Positions 19,826-29,796 of a DNA stretch of 60,531 nucleotides are shown piece by piece. The stretch lies in IMG/VR virus record IMGVR_UViG_3300036830_000277, positions 1 through 60,531 of that record. The stretch is one strand, 5' to 3'. The notes under the pieces are model-generated. The model was given only the letters and a program-made list of their open reading frames with translations. It did no database searches and was not told the origin of the DNA. The stretch's first letter is position 1. Each line of letters begins with the position of its first letter. A program made the position numbers and the translations under genes. The DNA comes from a virus. Lineage: Duplodnaviria > Caudoviricetes.

Positions 19826-21691
19826 ATGGGCGGCTGGCGCACCATCCTCGAGGAGGACTTCCAACCGATACCCGGGAGCGACGAGAACCTGTCGCTCCGG
19901 GTGATGGCGGGCGATCGTACGAGCTCGACCCGGATCACGGGGTGGGAATACTCCGGGACGCAGAGCGACTACGTCCGCAAGTCGTATGGGGGCGAGGAGC
20001 GCGCGGCAGCCGGGACCGGCCAGGTCGTCCGGTCCAACGCCGATCTGCCGCTGGGCCAGAAGTTCAGGCTTCGGGCGTTCATGCAGAAGATCGCGGATGC
20101 CGGCGCGATCAACTGCGAAATCGCGTGCTTCATTCCGAATACCGATCTCGCCGTCTACTCCAACGACGACTACCTCCGGCTGCGCGTGAATACCGTCACT
20201 TCCGGCTCCACGTCCTCGGTCACGCTGGAGTGGGTGCAGCCCGGTGGCAGTGTGACGGTGTTCGCCGACTCCGGCGCGCTGCCGTTCGGCGTCCAGGATG
20301 CCGGACGGGTGCTCACGATGCAGGTGCAATGGCCGCACGTCTGGGTCTATCTGCAGGTCGACAACGACGTCGAGCAGCTGCTGTTCGAAGTTGACCTCGT
20401 CGACGATATCGCCAGGGATGTGAATCACCGCCGCGTCGGGTTCGCGGGAAGCCTGAGCGGATCCGGTCGATATAACCTTGGCTATTTCGCCGTCGAGCAG
20501 CCCACCGATTATGTCATCGGATCGGAAAGCGAGAGCACCGATCCGGCCGACGCGTCGCCGATCACCGGCACGCTATCCGCCTCGCTCGGTCTCACGCTCT
20601 TGGCCGAGGACTCCGGCCCCAGCGCCTTCACCTTGTCGAAGCTCGAGGCGGGACGAAGCCCGCGTGTCGTGATGGACTTCCCCGCGCAGTGCCAGCCCGG
20701 TCCCTGGGTGCAGCTGTTCTACGCGACGGATGCGGGCACGATTCGTCGCGACCAGGATGAACGATTCCTGATGCCCCATACGACGACGATCACGGACAAC
20801 AACCCGAATCGTAGGATCGAGGAGGCCTTCCGCACCGCGACGCGTCGGCTGACGGTGGTTCATTCGATTCGGGACCCAGCGCTGGGGACATATTCGCTGC
20901 AGCGGATGAACAGCGGCATCTATCCGAATCCGACCGTGAAGCCGCAGCGCCCCAACTTCCTGAAGAACGTCGGTGCCAACCGCGATCTCTTTTGGATTGC
21001 CGGCGAGGCGTGGCGCGACTCGGGCGGCGTGGTCACGGAGAGCTGGAATCTCCGGGTCCAGTGCGTAGAACCGGTCGACGCCATCGAAGTCGGTGCGTTG
21101 AATACCTACCCGAGCGGCTACCGACCGGCGTTCGACGTGCAGCCGCAGACATGGGAGGCGCCGGTCCGGACGCAGGCGCTCGATTTCCATGATTTTCCGT
21201 TCGATCTCACCCACGGCGGATTCACGATGACGCCGTGCGCCTTCCGGGCGAGGACGCGGATCGGGACCTGCTACAGTCCGTGGCGCTATTTCATCGCGGC
21301 ATTCGAAGGGGATCCTCCCAGCGCGATCGCTCAGATCCACACAGAACTCGTCAACTGCGGGCACGACATCGTCGTTGACCTGCCGCCGGCCGGCGAGATC
21401 ATCTTCGAGCACATCCAGCGTGGCCGTCCGCAGAACCCGTGCGAAAGCGAGTCTCCGCCATCTCCTCCTGGGGGCGGCGGCTTCATCGAAGGCGGCTATT
21501 CGCCGCAGAACAACGGCATCTTCACGCAGGACTGGATCGTCGGGGTGCGCAGCCAGATCCCGGTCTCGTTTGAAGATGAGAACGGCGACACCTTCGGATT
21601 CGCGCAGGTGGGTGCCGTATATGCGGATATAGGCGGCGGCGCGCCACCGGGGACAATTGCACCGTTCCAAGACCCGGAGCAGTTCCCGTGA
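19826..21691 (+). CDS. Putative tail/baseplate protein
   Basis: 621-aa beta-rich ORF in tail operon. Confidence 0.55.
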   Translation: MGGWRTILEEDFQPIPGSDENLSLRVMAGDRTSSTRITGWEYSGTQSDYVRKSYGGEERAAAGTGQVVRSNADLPLGQKFRLRAFMQKIADAGAINCEIACFIPNTDLAVYSNDDYLRLRVNTVTSGSTSSVTLEWVQPGGSVTVFADSGALPFGVQDAGRVLTMQVQWPHVWVYLQVDNDVEQLLFEVDLVDDIARDVNHRRVGFAGSLSGSGRYNLGYFAVEQPTDYVIGSESESTDPADASPITGTLSASLGLTLLAEDSGPSAFTLSKLEAGRSPRVVMDFPAQCQPGPWVQLFYATDAGTIRRDQDERFLMPHTTTITDNNPNRRIEEAFRTATRRLTVVHSIRDPALGTYSLQRMNSGIYPNPTVKPQRPNFLKNVGANRDLFWIAGEAWRDSGGVVTESWNLRVQCVEPVDAIEVGALNTYPSGYRPAFDVQPQTWEAPVRTQALDFHDFPFDLTHGGFTMTPCAFRARTRIGTCYSPWRYFIAAFEGDPPSAIAQIHTELVNCGHDIVVDLPPAGEIIFEHIQRGRPQNPCESESPPSPPGGGGFIEGGYSPQNNGIFTQDWIVGVRSQIPVSFEDENGDTFGFAQVGAVYADIGGGAPPGTIAPFQDPEQFP

Positions 21692-23937
21692 GCTTTCCCG
21701 TCGACTGGGAAGACCCGTCCATCCTGCGAACCGACTCGCCGGAGAAGCGGTTGCTGCCGAAGCCGGCGATGCTGCGCTGGTACGATCCCGATCCGCTGGG
21801 TGGCTTCGGGACAGATGTGCCAGCGGTAGCGCCGTTCATAGGGGCCGCGCGGTGCTCGGTGCGCCAGATCGGCCTCTCGCTCGAGGCGACGCTGCGTCGT
21901 CCGGAAGTCTTCGGCGTCGTGCTGCTTGACAGCATCACGCCGGACGCCGGCGCGCCGTGTGCGCTGGTTCTCGACGTCTACAACGACGACAAGGAAACGA
22001 TCAAGTGGACCGTGGGCACCTCGCCGACGGATCCGTTTGCGTACCTCGTCGAACCTGAGGACTACGCCCAGCAGGAAATCGACGTCGGCGTCGGGAGCTC
22101 CACCGTGGGAACGGTGACCGTCATCATCATCGATCCCGCAACGAATCCGGCGGACAAGCAGTCGCGCTGGATGACCGCGAAGCTCGCCGACCTCGGCATC
22201 CCCGATATCCAGGGGCGCCGCTGCAGGCTGCGCCGCTTCATCAGCGATGCGCTGGGATACACCGTGATCGCCGACGGCCCGGCAGGCACGCCGACGATGG
22301 ACGACAGCTACGCCGCGTACAGCTTCACGATTCGCGACACGCGGGACGTCGAACGGAAGCTGACGGCGTTCACCTCAGGGTTCGGACGCGAGACCGGGGG
22401 ACCCGAGGATGGGTTCGATCCGACTGGCCTGAAGTCGCTGGTACCTGACGGCGTCGCGGGAGGCTATGGGCATGTCGGCTCATCGTACCTGATCTCGCCG
22501 GCAACACCGATCACCGGGACCTGGCACTACGACTCGCGCGACTACGCGGCACCGCCCGGATCGAACCAGGTGACGCCGGCCGGAATCATCCAGCCCGTCA
22601 CAGGCTTCATCTCGTTCGCCGATTCGACGCTGTCGGATGCCGTCCAGACGGCGATCAGGAACGCGACGGTGCTCGGTGGCGAGGTGCTGGTCACGTATCC
22701 GATCGGTGGCGGCCATTTCGTCCGTGATACCGGCTACAACTATCTCCTCTTCAAGGGCCTGAAGGTGATCTGGCGAGACGCCACCACCCCCGAGGCGTGG
22801 CACGTGATCACCGATGAGAACCTCGTGCAAGTCGGCTTTCACATCCATCCGGACGGCAGCGCTGATACCCGGACCCAACTCATCTCGGCGACGATCGCTG
22901 GCCGCCCCGGCGATGGCGATGTCATCGCGCCGGCGAACTACCTCCAATTCGGTGATCTCCGGTACACGCCGAACTGGAATCCGCTCCCTGGCGCGCCGGA
23001 GGGAACCGGCGGAGCTGGTGATCTGCCCGCCGAAGGCCAGAATATCGAGATCATGCTGCTGTACGTCGGCGCTCCCAGCGCTGACTTGCCGCTCTACCTC
23101 GAAGGCATGACGGTCGGCGAGCTGACGAAGGATCTCTACGACGGGGTCTATTCCGATCGGACCGTCCTCGGCGCCGTTCGGCCGACAGGCATTCTCTACG
23201 ATGAAGACGCCCTCCTGGCGATGACGGAGGTCGTGCGGGCTCGCATCACCGCCCCGGTCGATGACATGCGCGATTGGCTGGAGAAGAGCGTCTATGCGCC
23301 GACTGGGCGGGCGCCAGCGCTCGATCGACTCGGGCAGGTCTCACCAGTGTCCCAGATCCCGCCGACCGATACGAGCGACCTGCAGGTCATCAGCGACAGC
23401 GTCGCCGAGGCGAGCGCCGACTGGAACGCCGGCGAGCGCCTCGTCAACATCGTGCGCTTCACATACCCTCGAGACTACAAGCCGAGCGACGAAACCCAGA
23501 CCGATCCCGATGGGCTGGTCGAGATCTCCGTGGTGGACGAGTTCGATGATGAGCCCTCGATCGACCGCAACGGCGAGCAGGTCGTTGAGATCGTGGCGCC
23601 GCTCTTCACAGCGGTCGGTGACGACATTGGGCACCCACGCAACAACGACGAAACACAGGAGCTCGGCAACCAGCTCGCGCAGGATCGCGGCAAATACCTC
23701 ATCAATCGATACTCCTATGGGGCGCCGACAATCACCGTCGCGGTCCGCCGCGCCGCGACCGTGCTCCTCCGAAACGGCGACTGGGTCCTACTCGATCTCA
23801 GCTGGCTGCCCGACTACGTGACGAACCGCCGCGGCCTGCTGGCGCTGGGACAGATCGTGTCACTCGGCGACTTGGATTGCGCCTGGCGCCAGCTGCTGAT
23901 CGAACAGGTCTCGCCGATCACAGAGGAATACAGCTAA
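21688..23937 (+). CDS. Putative tail tip/hub protein
   Basis: 749 aa, last gene of tail operon; NIVRFTY..SIDRNGEQ. Confidence 0.6.
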   Translation: MSFPVDWEDPSILRTDSPEKRLLPKPAMLRWYDPDPLGGFGTDVPAVAPFIGAARCSVRQIGLSLEATLRRPEVFGVVLLDSITPDAGAPCALVLDVYNDDKETIKWTVGTSPTDPFAYLVEPEDYAQQEIDVGVGSSTVGTVTVIIIDPATNPADKQSRWMTAKLADLGIPDIQGRRCRLRRFISDALGYTVIADGPAGTPTMDDSYAAYSFTIRDTRDVERKLTAFTSGFGRETGGPEDGFDPTGLKSLVPDGVAGGYGHVGSSYLISPATPITGTWHYDSRDYAAPPGSNQVTPAGIIQPVTGFISFADSTLSDAVQTAIRNATVLGGEVLVTYPIGGGHFVRDTGYNYLLFKGLKVIWRDATTPEAWHVITDENLVQVGFHIHPDGSADTRTQLISATIAGRPGDGDVIAPANYLQFGDLRYTPNWNPLPGAPEGTGGAGDLPAEGQNIEIMLLYVGAPSADLPLYLEGMTVGELTKDLYDGVYSDRTVLGAVRPTGILYDEDALLAMTEVVRARITAPVDDMRDWLEKSVYAPTGRAPALDRLGQVSPVSQIPPTDTSDLQVISDSVAEASADWNAGERLVNIVRFTYPRDYKPSDETQTDPDGLVEISVVDEFDDEPSIDRNGEQVVEIVAPLFTAVGDDIGHPRNNDETQELGNQLAQDRGKYLINRYSYGAPTITVAVRRAATVLLRNGDWVLLDLSWLPDYVTNRRGLLALGQIVSLGDLDCAWRQLLIEQVSPITEEYS

Positions 23938-23984
23938 CCAGCCTCCGCAGGTTGGTGGCGATCACCCCACGCGCGTCCCACTCT
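23937..23984 (+). promoter_or_regulatory. Putative late promoter copy 2, upstream of lysis genes
   Basis: ACCAGCCT-CCGC-AGGTTGGT then TGGCGA-N17-CACTCT. Confidence 0.55.
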
Positions 23985-24041
23985 TCCGGCTCAACGAGCT
24001 CGCCTCTGTCGCCGGGAGCCGCATGCGTCACCCAGCATCAC

Positions 24042-24464
24042 ATGCTTGATCCCACCATGCACATCTACGGCGACAGCATCGTGCCCGCGCTGTTGTCGGG
24101 ATCGATCGTGGCCGGATTGGCGCTCTGGCGGAACCACGCGGTCGTCACGGCGCTCTTCCAGGTGCACAAGGATCAGGTCGCGAAGGATCGCGAGACAGAT
24201 ATCGAGACGCGGCGCGAAGAGTGGCAGCAACTGCGCGAGCAGCTCAACGGACTCGGCAGCCGGATTCAGGACACCGAAAACAAGTTGATCGAGGTCCGCA
24301 CCTTGGTCGTTGGCGTCGACGGGCGAAACGGATTGAAGAGCGATGTGCGCGAGCTCTACGGCAAGACCAACGGTCTCGCGACCCGGGTCACCACCGTCGA
24401 AGGCATCGCCGACGAATCGCGTCGACGGATCGAGGCCCTGCCGACCTTCCGAGGCCGCAATTGA
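24042..24464 (+). CDS. Membrane-anchored coiled-coil lysis-module protein (holin-like); start uncertain
   Basis: One N-terminal TM segment (IVPALLSGSIVAGLALW) then coiled coil; precedes endolysin. Confidence 0.55.
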   Translation: MLDPTMHIYGDSIVPALLSGSIVAGLALWRNHAVVTALFQVHKDQVAKDRETDIETRREEWQQLREQLNGLGSRIQDTENKLIEVRTLVVGVDGRNGLKSDVRELYGKTNGLATRVTTVEGIADESRRRIEALPTFRGRN

Positions 24465-25024
24465 TCCTCTCCGCGCCCGCTGGCTACCACGCCAGCACAG
24501 CAATCCGCGATCTCGCGACCGGCCATCCGTTCCTCCAGGAGCGCGTGCCGAAGCTGCGGTCCCTGCTCGAGATGCGCGGATACCCGACGATGGTCATCGA
24601 GGTCTACCGGTACAACATCCGGCAGCAATACCTCTTCGGCGGCGGTCGGACCGGGATCGACTGCATTCGCCGCGGCGTGCCGTCGGAGTTCGCCCGACCG
24701 AACGACAAGGTCGTCACCGACGCATGGTTGTCGCTCACGTCCGCCCACGGATACACCATCTCGGATTCGACCGGCCGAATCGTCCCGGCTGCCGCTGCCA
24801 TCGACATCGTCCCCGTCGGCGCCGATGGCAAGCCGTTCACCGCCGACGATCAGTGGGCCGACTTCCTCGGCAAGCTCGAGGCCGACGCCAACGCCTGCGG
24901 ACTCCGTCACTTCCGCAACGCACATCACGAGATCACTGACCCGCCCCACCTGCAGCTGGTGGAGTGGGATGACGCCATCCGCTCGCTCGTCGAGCGCCCA
25001 GCACCGCCGCCGACCGCGGCATAA
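24461..25024 (+). CDS. Endolysin, M15-family peptidase
   Basis: YR...QQYLF..GR...VT.A...SAH...AAIDIVP...DPPHLQL. Confidence 0.85.
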   Translation: MILSAPAGYHASTAIRDLATGHPFLQERVPKLRSLLEMRGYPTMVIEVYRYNIRQQYLFGGGRTGIDCIRRGVPSEFARPNDKVVTDAWLSLTSAHGYTISDSTGRIVPAAAAIDIVPVGADGKPFTADDQWADFLGKLEADANACGLRHFRNAHHEITDPPHLQLVEWDDAIRSLVERPAPPPTAA

Positions 25025-25036
25025 CCAGGAGCCTTC

Positions 25037-25486
25037 ATGCGGCTGTTTCGAACACTGCTCTTCAGCGTTGTCGCGATGATGATCGCCATCCCCCTGCATG
25101 CCGCTGCACCGATCGCGCACGGTGCCCGGATGCTTGCCGACACCGCCGCGACCAGCGGCGGCGGCGCGGACACCGGCAGCCTCGTCTCACTGATCATCCC
25201 GACGGTCATCGCCGCGCTGGTGGGATGGGTCTGGCCGGTGATCGTGAAAGCGCAGGCATGGATCACCACGAGCCCGGTGCACGCAATCATCTCCACTGTG
25301 CTTGGCGCGCTGCTCACCGCGAGCGCCGCCTCGCTGCACGTCACGCTACAGACGAGCGATCCCGGGATGTTGGGAAAGGGAGATGTCCAAGTGCTCTTCG
25401 CCGGAGTAGTGACGCTCATTGTCCACGTCATCTCGACGCTTCATTCCCACGCCACGACGCCTGCTGTCGTCGCGCATTCCACCTGA
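25037..25486 (+). CDS. Multi-TM membrane protein, putative holin
   Basis: AGGAG RBS; signal-like N-terminus and about 3 hydrophobic helices; follows endolysin. Confidence 0.6.
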   Translation: MRLFRTLLFSVVAMMIAIPLHAAAPIAHGARMLADTAATSGGGADTGSLVSLIIPTVIAALVGWVWPVIVKAQAWITTSPVHAIISTVLGALLTASAASLHVTLQTSDPGMLGKGDVQVLFAGVVTLIVHVISTLHSHATTPAVVAHST

Positions 25487-25544
25487 TATGCATCGCCGAT
25501 CAGCAACCGGACGATCGGATCAGCTAGGGACTGGCTGGTCGGCG

Positions 25545-28100
25545 GTGCCCGTTCAACGGATCGCCATCGCCATCGCGGTCCTGATGTCCGGTTGCCTCGC
25601 TTTGGCGCCGGTGGCCGCGCAGGGAAAGGTCATCACTGCCGTGCCGACGATCTCCTGTCCCTCGACGGCGCCTGGCACCGTACTCTGCGCGGTGGGAGCC
25701 GTCCTCAAGATTGTGCCTGACACGGTCTGGATGCCGGCACCGCCGCCGATTCACGACAGCGTGCCGGTGAATCACTACTGCGTCCTGAAGACGACGTGGG
25801 ACTGTTCCGCGCTGACCGCACCGGTCGTGCAGGCACCGGCGCCGGTGATCCCGATCATCGGCCACACGTTTCACCAGGTCTCGATCGACCAGCCGGTGAG
25901 CGTCGACAGCTTCGGCCTCACGAAGGCGCAGACGCTGGGCAACAAATGGGTCGCATCGACGGCAACGCCGTGGGTGAAGCTGCTCAATTCGTACAACGGG
26001 TACGTCGGCGGGTATGACTCGGGGAACCTGCGCTGGCAAACCGATCTCACCGGCAAGTCGCTCGGGTTCTATGTCGATACCATCGCGATCGCGCTGACCG
26101 ATGGCACCCACCCGATCGTCATCGACACCGAGCACGTCGTCGCAGCTGGTACCGCACCGATCGTTCCACAGCCTCCCCCGCCGTCGTCGAGCTCGAGCGG
26201 AGGATCCGCGCCGGCCGCGCCGCCGCCAGCTCCCGCTCCGCCACCGCCGTTCCTGACGTCGGCACTCCCGGCGCACCCGCGCGTCTGGATGACGCCGGCA
26301 CGGCTTGCGCAGCTGAAGGCTCAAGCGGCGGCGAACACGTCGCGCTGGCAGGTCGTGAAGCAGTACGCTGATGCTTCGCTCGCGAAGGGCGCCGTCTATA
26401 CCGGCGCCGACGAGTTCGCGCTGCCCGCGCTGTGCGCGGTCTACCTCGGCACCGGCAACCAGGCGTATGCGACGCGCGCCGGCGTCGTGATCGCCGGCGG
26501 TGCGGTCGAGGACGACAACCTGCAGGGTGATTCGGGATACGCATACCGGTTCAACCTCCCCGATTTCATCATGGGGCTCGACTGGTGCTACGCCGGGCTC
26601 ACCGTCGCGCAGCGGCATCAAGCCGCGACTTGGCTGATGAATCGCGCCGACTGGGTCTGGCCCGAAACCAATCCGTCGCGCGCGAACGGCTGGGGGCTCT
26701 GGCCGTCGAACAACTACTACTGGGGCTTCATGATGTCGGGCCCGGCGGCGATCGCAGCCGCCGGCGACGACACCATCACCACCACCGCGGTGAGCGGTCC
26801 TGATCGTCCGGCGTATCATCGCGCGCTGGCGATGCAGCATTGGAACCTCGTCGCGGTGCCATATCTCGCCGGCGAGGGTGCCGGCGGCGCATGGGATGAA
26901 GGCACGAACTACGGAGCCGGCAGCCAGTGGTCTCTCGGCCGCTTCGCCGACGCCTACGCCACCAGCGGGACGCCGATCGCGAACAGCTGGTTGAGCGATG
27001 CGCTCCGGTGGGGATTCGCCTCGATGATGCCGGGTGGCCACTTCAAGGCGCCGTTCGGTGACCAGGCGCGCGAGAGCGATGCCGCGGAGTATGCATACGA
27101 TCGCGTCGCGGCCCTCGACGTCCTCGCCGCGATCAACGATCCGACGCTCGCCGCCCAGGTGCAGACCTTCCTCGGTCTCATCGGCAACGTGCCGACGAGC
27201 GATGCCGGTACCGCCGTGGCCACCGACGAGCTGATCCACTTCAATCCCGCGGCACCAGCGGCGGCGGATCTGTCCGCGCAGCCAAAGTGCTTCCTCGCCG
27301 CTGGACCGGGATACGCGGTGTGCCGTACCAGCTGGACCGATCCCAACGCACTCGCCTTCACCTTCCAGGCGGGCGCCGTCGGTGATGGCCACAACTCGCT
27401 GCAGGCGAACGGGCTGATGATCTGGGGCGGTGGCGGCTGGATCACGGCGTCGGCGAACCTCTACTCCGCCAGCGGCATCGAGCAGGCGAGCCGCCACTAC
27501 AACACGCTGACGATCGGCGACAGCGGCCAGGTCTTCTTCGGTGGCAACGACGGCGCGATCACCGCGACGCAGTTCACTGACACGCTGATGGTGCTGCGCG
27601 GCGAGGCCGGGAATGCGTACGGCCATCCGTGGGGCATCGGTAACGGTCGCAACATCGCCAGCGGGTATGCCCGCACCGTCGCGTTCCTGCCCGCACTCAG
27701 CGCCTTCGTGGTCGTCGACCAGGCGACCGCGGTCACGGCGTCGATGCAGAAGGTCTGGCGCTGGCAGATGCATCACCAGCCGACGATCACAGGCAACTCC
27801 TTCACCCTGTCGAATGACGCCGGTACCGCGAAGTGCCTCGGTACCATCGCGCTCGGTACGCCGGTGCTCGCGATCAAACCGGACAGCATCGGACCCGGCT
27901 TTGCCCAGAGCAGCTACGCCGTGACCGTCTCGCCGCCGGCGGGACACGCCACCGATCTCATCGTGACGGTGCTGCAATGCGGCGCGGGTGCACCGGTCGC
28001 TGTCAGTGCCGCCGATGGAACCGCTGCGACGACGGTGACGATCGGCTCCCGTCGCATCACCGTGCCGCATGATCCCACGTCAGCCGTTGCGATCCAGTAA
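25545..28100 (+). CDS. Secreted heparinase II/III-like polysaccharide lyase with BACON-like domain and Pro-rich linkers
   Basis: Signal peptide; WVASTATPWVKL..GFYVDTIAI; HPRVWMT, DWCY, NNYYW, GGAWDEGTNYG, RTSW, GHNS..ANG, HYNTLTI. Confidence 0.75.
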   Translation: MPVQRIAIAIAVLMSGCLALAPVAAQGKVITAVPTISCPSTAPGTVLCAVGAVLKIVPDTVWMPAPPPIHDSVPVNHYCVLKTTWDCSALTAPVVQAPAPVIPIIGHTFHQVSIDQPVSVDSFGLTKAQTLGNKWVASTATPWVKLLNSYNGYVGGYDSGNLRWQTDLTGKSLGFYVDTIAIALTDGTHPIVIDTEHVVAAGTAPIVPQPPPPSSSSSGGSAPAAPPPAPAPPPPFLTSALPAHPRVWMTPARLAQLKAQAAANTSRWQVVKQYADASLAKGAVYTGADEFALPALCAVYLGTGNQAYATRAGVVIAGGAVEDDNLQGDSGYAYRFNLPDFIMGLDWCYAGLTVAQRHQAATWLMNRADWVWPETNPSRANGWGLWPSNNYYWGFMMSGPAAIAAAGDDTITTTAVSGPDRPAYHRALAMQHWNLVAVPYLAGEGAGGAWDEGTNYGAGSQWSLGRFADAYATSGTPIANSWLSDALRWGFASMMPGGHFKAPFGDQARESDAAEYAYDRVAALDVLAAINDPTLAAQVQTFLGLIGNVPTSDAGTAVATDELIHFNPAAPAAADLSAQPKCFLAAGPGYAVCRTSWTDPNALAFTFQAGAVGDGHNSLQANGLMIWGGGGWITASANLYSASGIEQASRHYNTLTIGDSGQVFFGGNDGAITATQFTDTLMVLRGEAGNAYGHPWGIGNGRNIASGYARTVAFLPALSAFVVVDQATAVTASMQKVWRWQMHHQPTITGNSFTLSNDAGTAKCLGTIALGTPVLAIKPDSIGPGFAQSSYAVTVSPPAGHATDLIVTVLQCGAGAPVAVSAADGTAATTVTIGSRRITVPHDPTSAVAIQ

Positions 28101-28118
28101 CCGCGAGGACTACCACCG

Positions 28119-28436
28119 ATGAATGAACCCGAAGTGAAGGCGCCGACGGCGCACGAGCAGTTCCTCGAGGCGATCAAGGATCACAAGGTCGCGCCTGGTC
28201 ACGTGATCCGCGACGCCATGAAGGAGAAGGGCGTCGAGACGGCGTCCGAGCTGCATCCGCTCTTCGGCGCCAGGGTCACCTACGACGGTGCGCCGGGGAC
28301 GATCGACTATGCGGTCGGCACGCGGTTCCGATGCACCCTGGACGGTGAGCCCCGGCAGCCGTGGGGCGACATCGCCGACCTGAAGGTCGATGGCGACCAC
28401 TCCTACTCGTACACCACGCCGAAGACGGAGGGCTGA
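28119..28436 (+). CDS. Hypothetical protein
   Basis: GAGGA RBS, phage-like codon usage. Confidence 0.65.
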   Translation: MNEPEVKAPTAHEQFLEAIKDHKVAPGHVIRDAMKEKGVETASELHPLFGARVTYDGAPGTIDYAVGTRFRCTLDGEPRQPWGDIADLKVDGDHSYSYTTPKTEG

Positions 28437-28439
28437 TCC

Positions 28440-28826
28440 ATGAACGTCAAGGACAGCTCGATGAACGCGATGCTCAACGCGCTGGCAGCGTTGTTCCCAT
28501 CCGGCGCGATCGTCGAGGTCTACAAGGGCACGCAGCCGGCGGACGCCAATACGGCGATCAGTTCGCAGACGCTGCTGGCCTCGATCACCACCGGCGCGAA
28601 CTTCGGGTCCGCATCGGCTCGATCGGCCGCGAAGGGCGGGACGTGGGAAGACACGTCCGCGAACGCCGGGGCCGGCGACGCGCCGACGTTCGTCCGCATC
28701 AAGAATGCGGCCGATACGGAACGCGTCGATCTGACCGCTGGCGTCGGCAGCGGTGAGATCTCGGTCAACGGCACGATCACCGCTGGCCAGGACGTCACGA
28801 TCTCCACCTTCGCGTTCAGCGGCTGA
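28440..28826 (+). CDS. Virion structural protein (paralog of 19059-19451)
   Basis: NAMLNAL...VEVYKGTQP...LLASIT...TFVRIK; GGAGG RBS. Confidence 0.65.
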   Translation: MNVKDSSMNAMLNALAALFPSGAIVEVYKGTQPADANTAISSQTLLASITTGANFGSASARSAAKGGTWEDTSANAGAGDAPTFVRIKNAADTERVDLTAGVGSGEISVNGTITAGQDVTISTFAFSG

Positions 28827-28831
28827 CGCAC

Positions 28832-29368
28832 GTGCTGACACCGGCGCAGCTCCACGACGAGATCACCCGGGATCCGGAAGGACTCGGGTATGCTCGCTTT
28901 GTGGAGTCAGGTGAAGACGACGAAATCGCGGCGCTGCTCAACGCGCCGCGCGACGGGGCCGCGCTTCCCGCCGGCACCATGCCGACCGAGCAGCTGTCGA
29001 GCGCGATCGGTATCGACGAGTATCTCGCGCTCGATGCCGATCGGAAGGCGTGGCTCGGCATGATAACGAAGAACCCGACGATCGTCGTGAGCCATGCCCT
29101 CGCCAAGGATCTGCTCGGGCTCTTTCCAAAGAACACCGCATTGCCGTCGATCGTCTTCCGGCCCGCATCGCGCGCCCAGCAGCTCGCCGCGGCGCTCGAT
29201 CCTGCGGTGCGGCATCAGGATGTGTCGATTGCTATCCGCGAGCGCAAGCACATTCAGGAGTGGACGCACGAGGATGGGTCAGTGCACGCCTACGAGATCG
29301 GGGTCTATCCGAAGGGATCGACGGTGCTGCAGCGGCATGCGGAGCCGATCCATCTCGGGGACGGCTGA
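28832..29368 (+). CDS. Hypothetical protein, probably structural
   Basis: EITRDPEGLGY...IAALLN; RAQQL. Confidence 0.6.
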   Translation: MLTPAQLHDEITRDPEGLGYARFVESGEDDEIAALLNAPRDGAALPAGTMPTEQLSSAIGIDEYLALDADRKAWLGMITKNPTIVVSHALAKDLLGLFPKNTALPSIVFRPASRAQQLAAALDPAVRHQDVSIAIRERKHIQEWTHEDGSVHAYEIGVYPKGSTVLQRHAEPIHLGDG

Positions 29369-29796
29369 TGTCTTCGAACATCAGCCGCGTTCCGGTCTCG
29401 CTCGTCACCGCGCTGTCGACGGCGTTGAATTCGCTCGCGAGCGGCAGCGCGGTGCAGTCGTCTGCGATCACCGTGGCCGCGGCGCTGTGGATGGACATCA
29501 TCCTCACGGGGACGTTCGCCTCCACCGTTACGGCGGACGCGATGGTCGACGTCTACGTCGTCCGGCAGGACGGCAGCGGCAATTATGAGGATACCGCCGT
29601 CGGTGGCTATGGGCGCGATGCGCTCGTCGGCACCTTCTTCCTGCAGGCGTTGACCACCGCGCAGCGCCTCCGCATCCGGGATATTCCGGCGCCGGCCCGC
29701 GACTTCGAGATCTACGTCGTCAACAATTCGGGCAAGGCGATGGCGGCGAGCGGGAACACGATCCAAATCGATTTCCACACAGAACAGGCGTCGTAA
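29368..29796 (+). CDS. Putative virion structural protein
   Basis: LNSLASG...VVNNSGKAMAASGNT; TGATG coupling. Confidence 0.6.
   Translation: MSSNISRVPVSLVTALSTALNSLASGSAVQSSAITVAAALWMDIILTGTFASTVTADAMVDVYVVRQDGSGNYEDTAVGGYGRDALVGTFFLQALTTAQRLRIRDIPAPARDFEIYVVNNSGKAMAASGNTIQIDFHTEQAS

Noticed and set aside
25524-28070. 848-aa minus-strand ORF
   Set aside because: Antisense shadow of the lyase gene caused by high-GC codon bias; Arg-rich with no motifs
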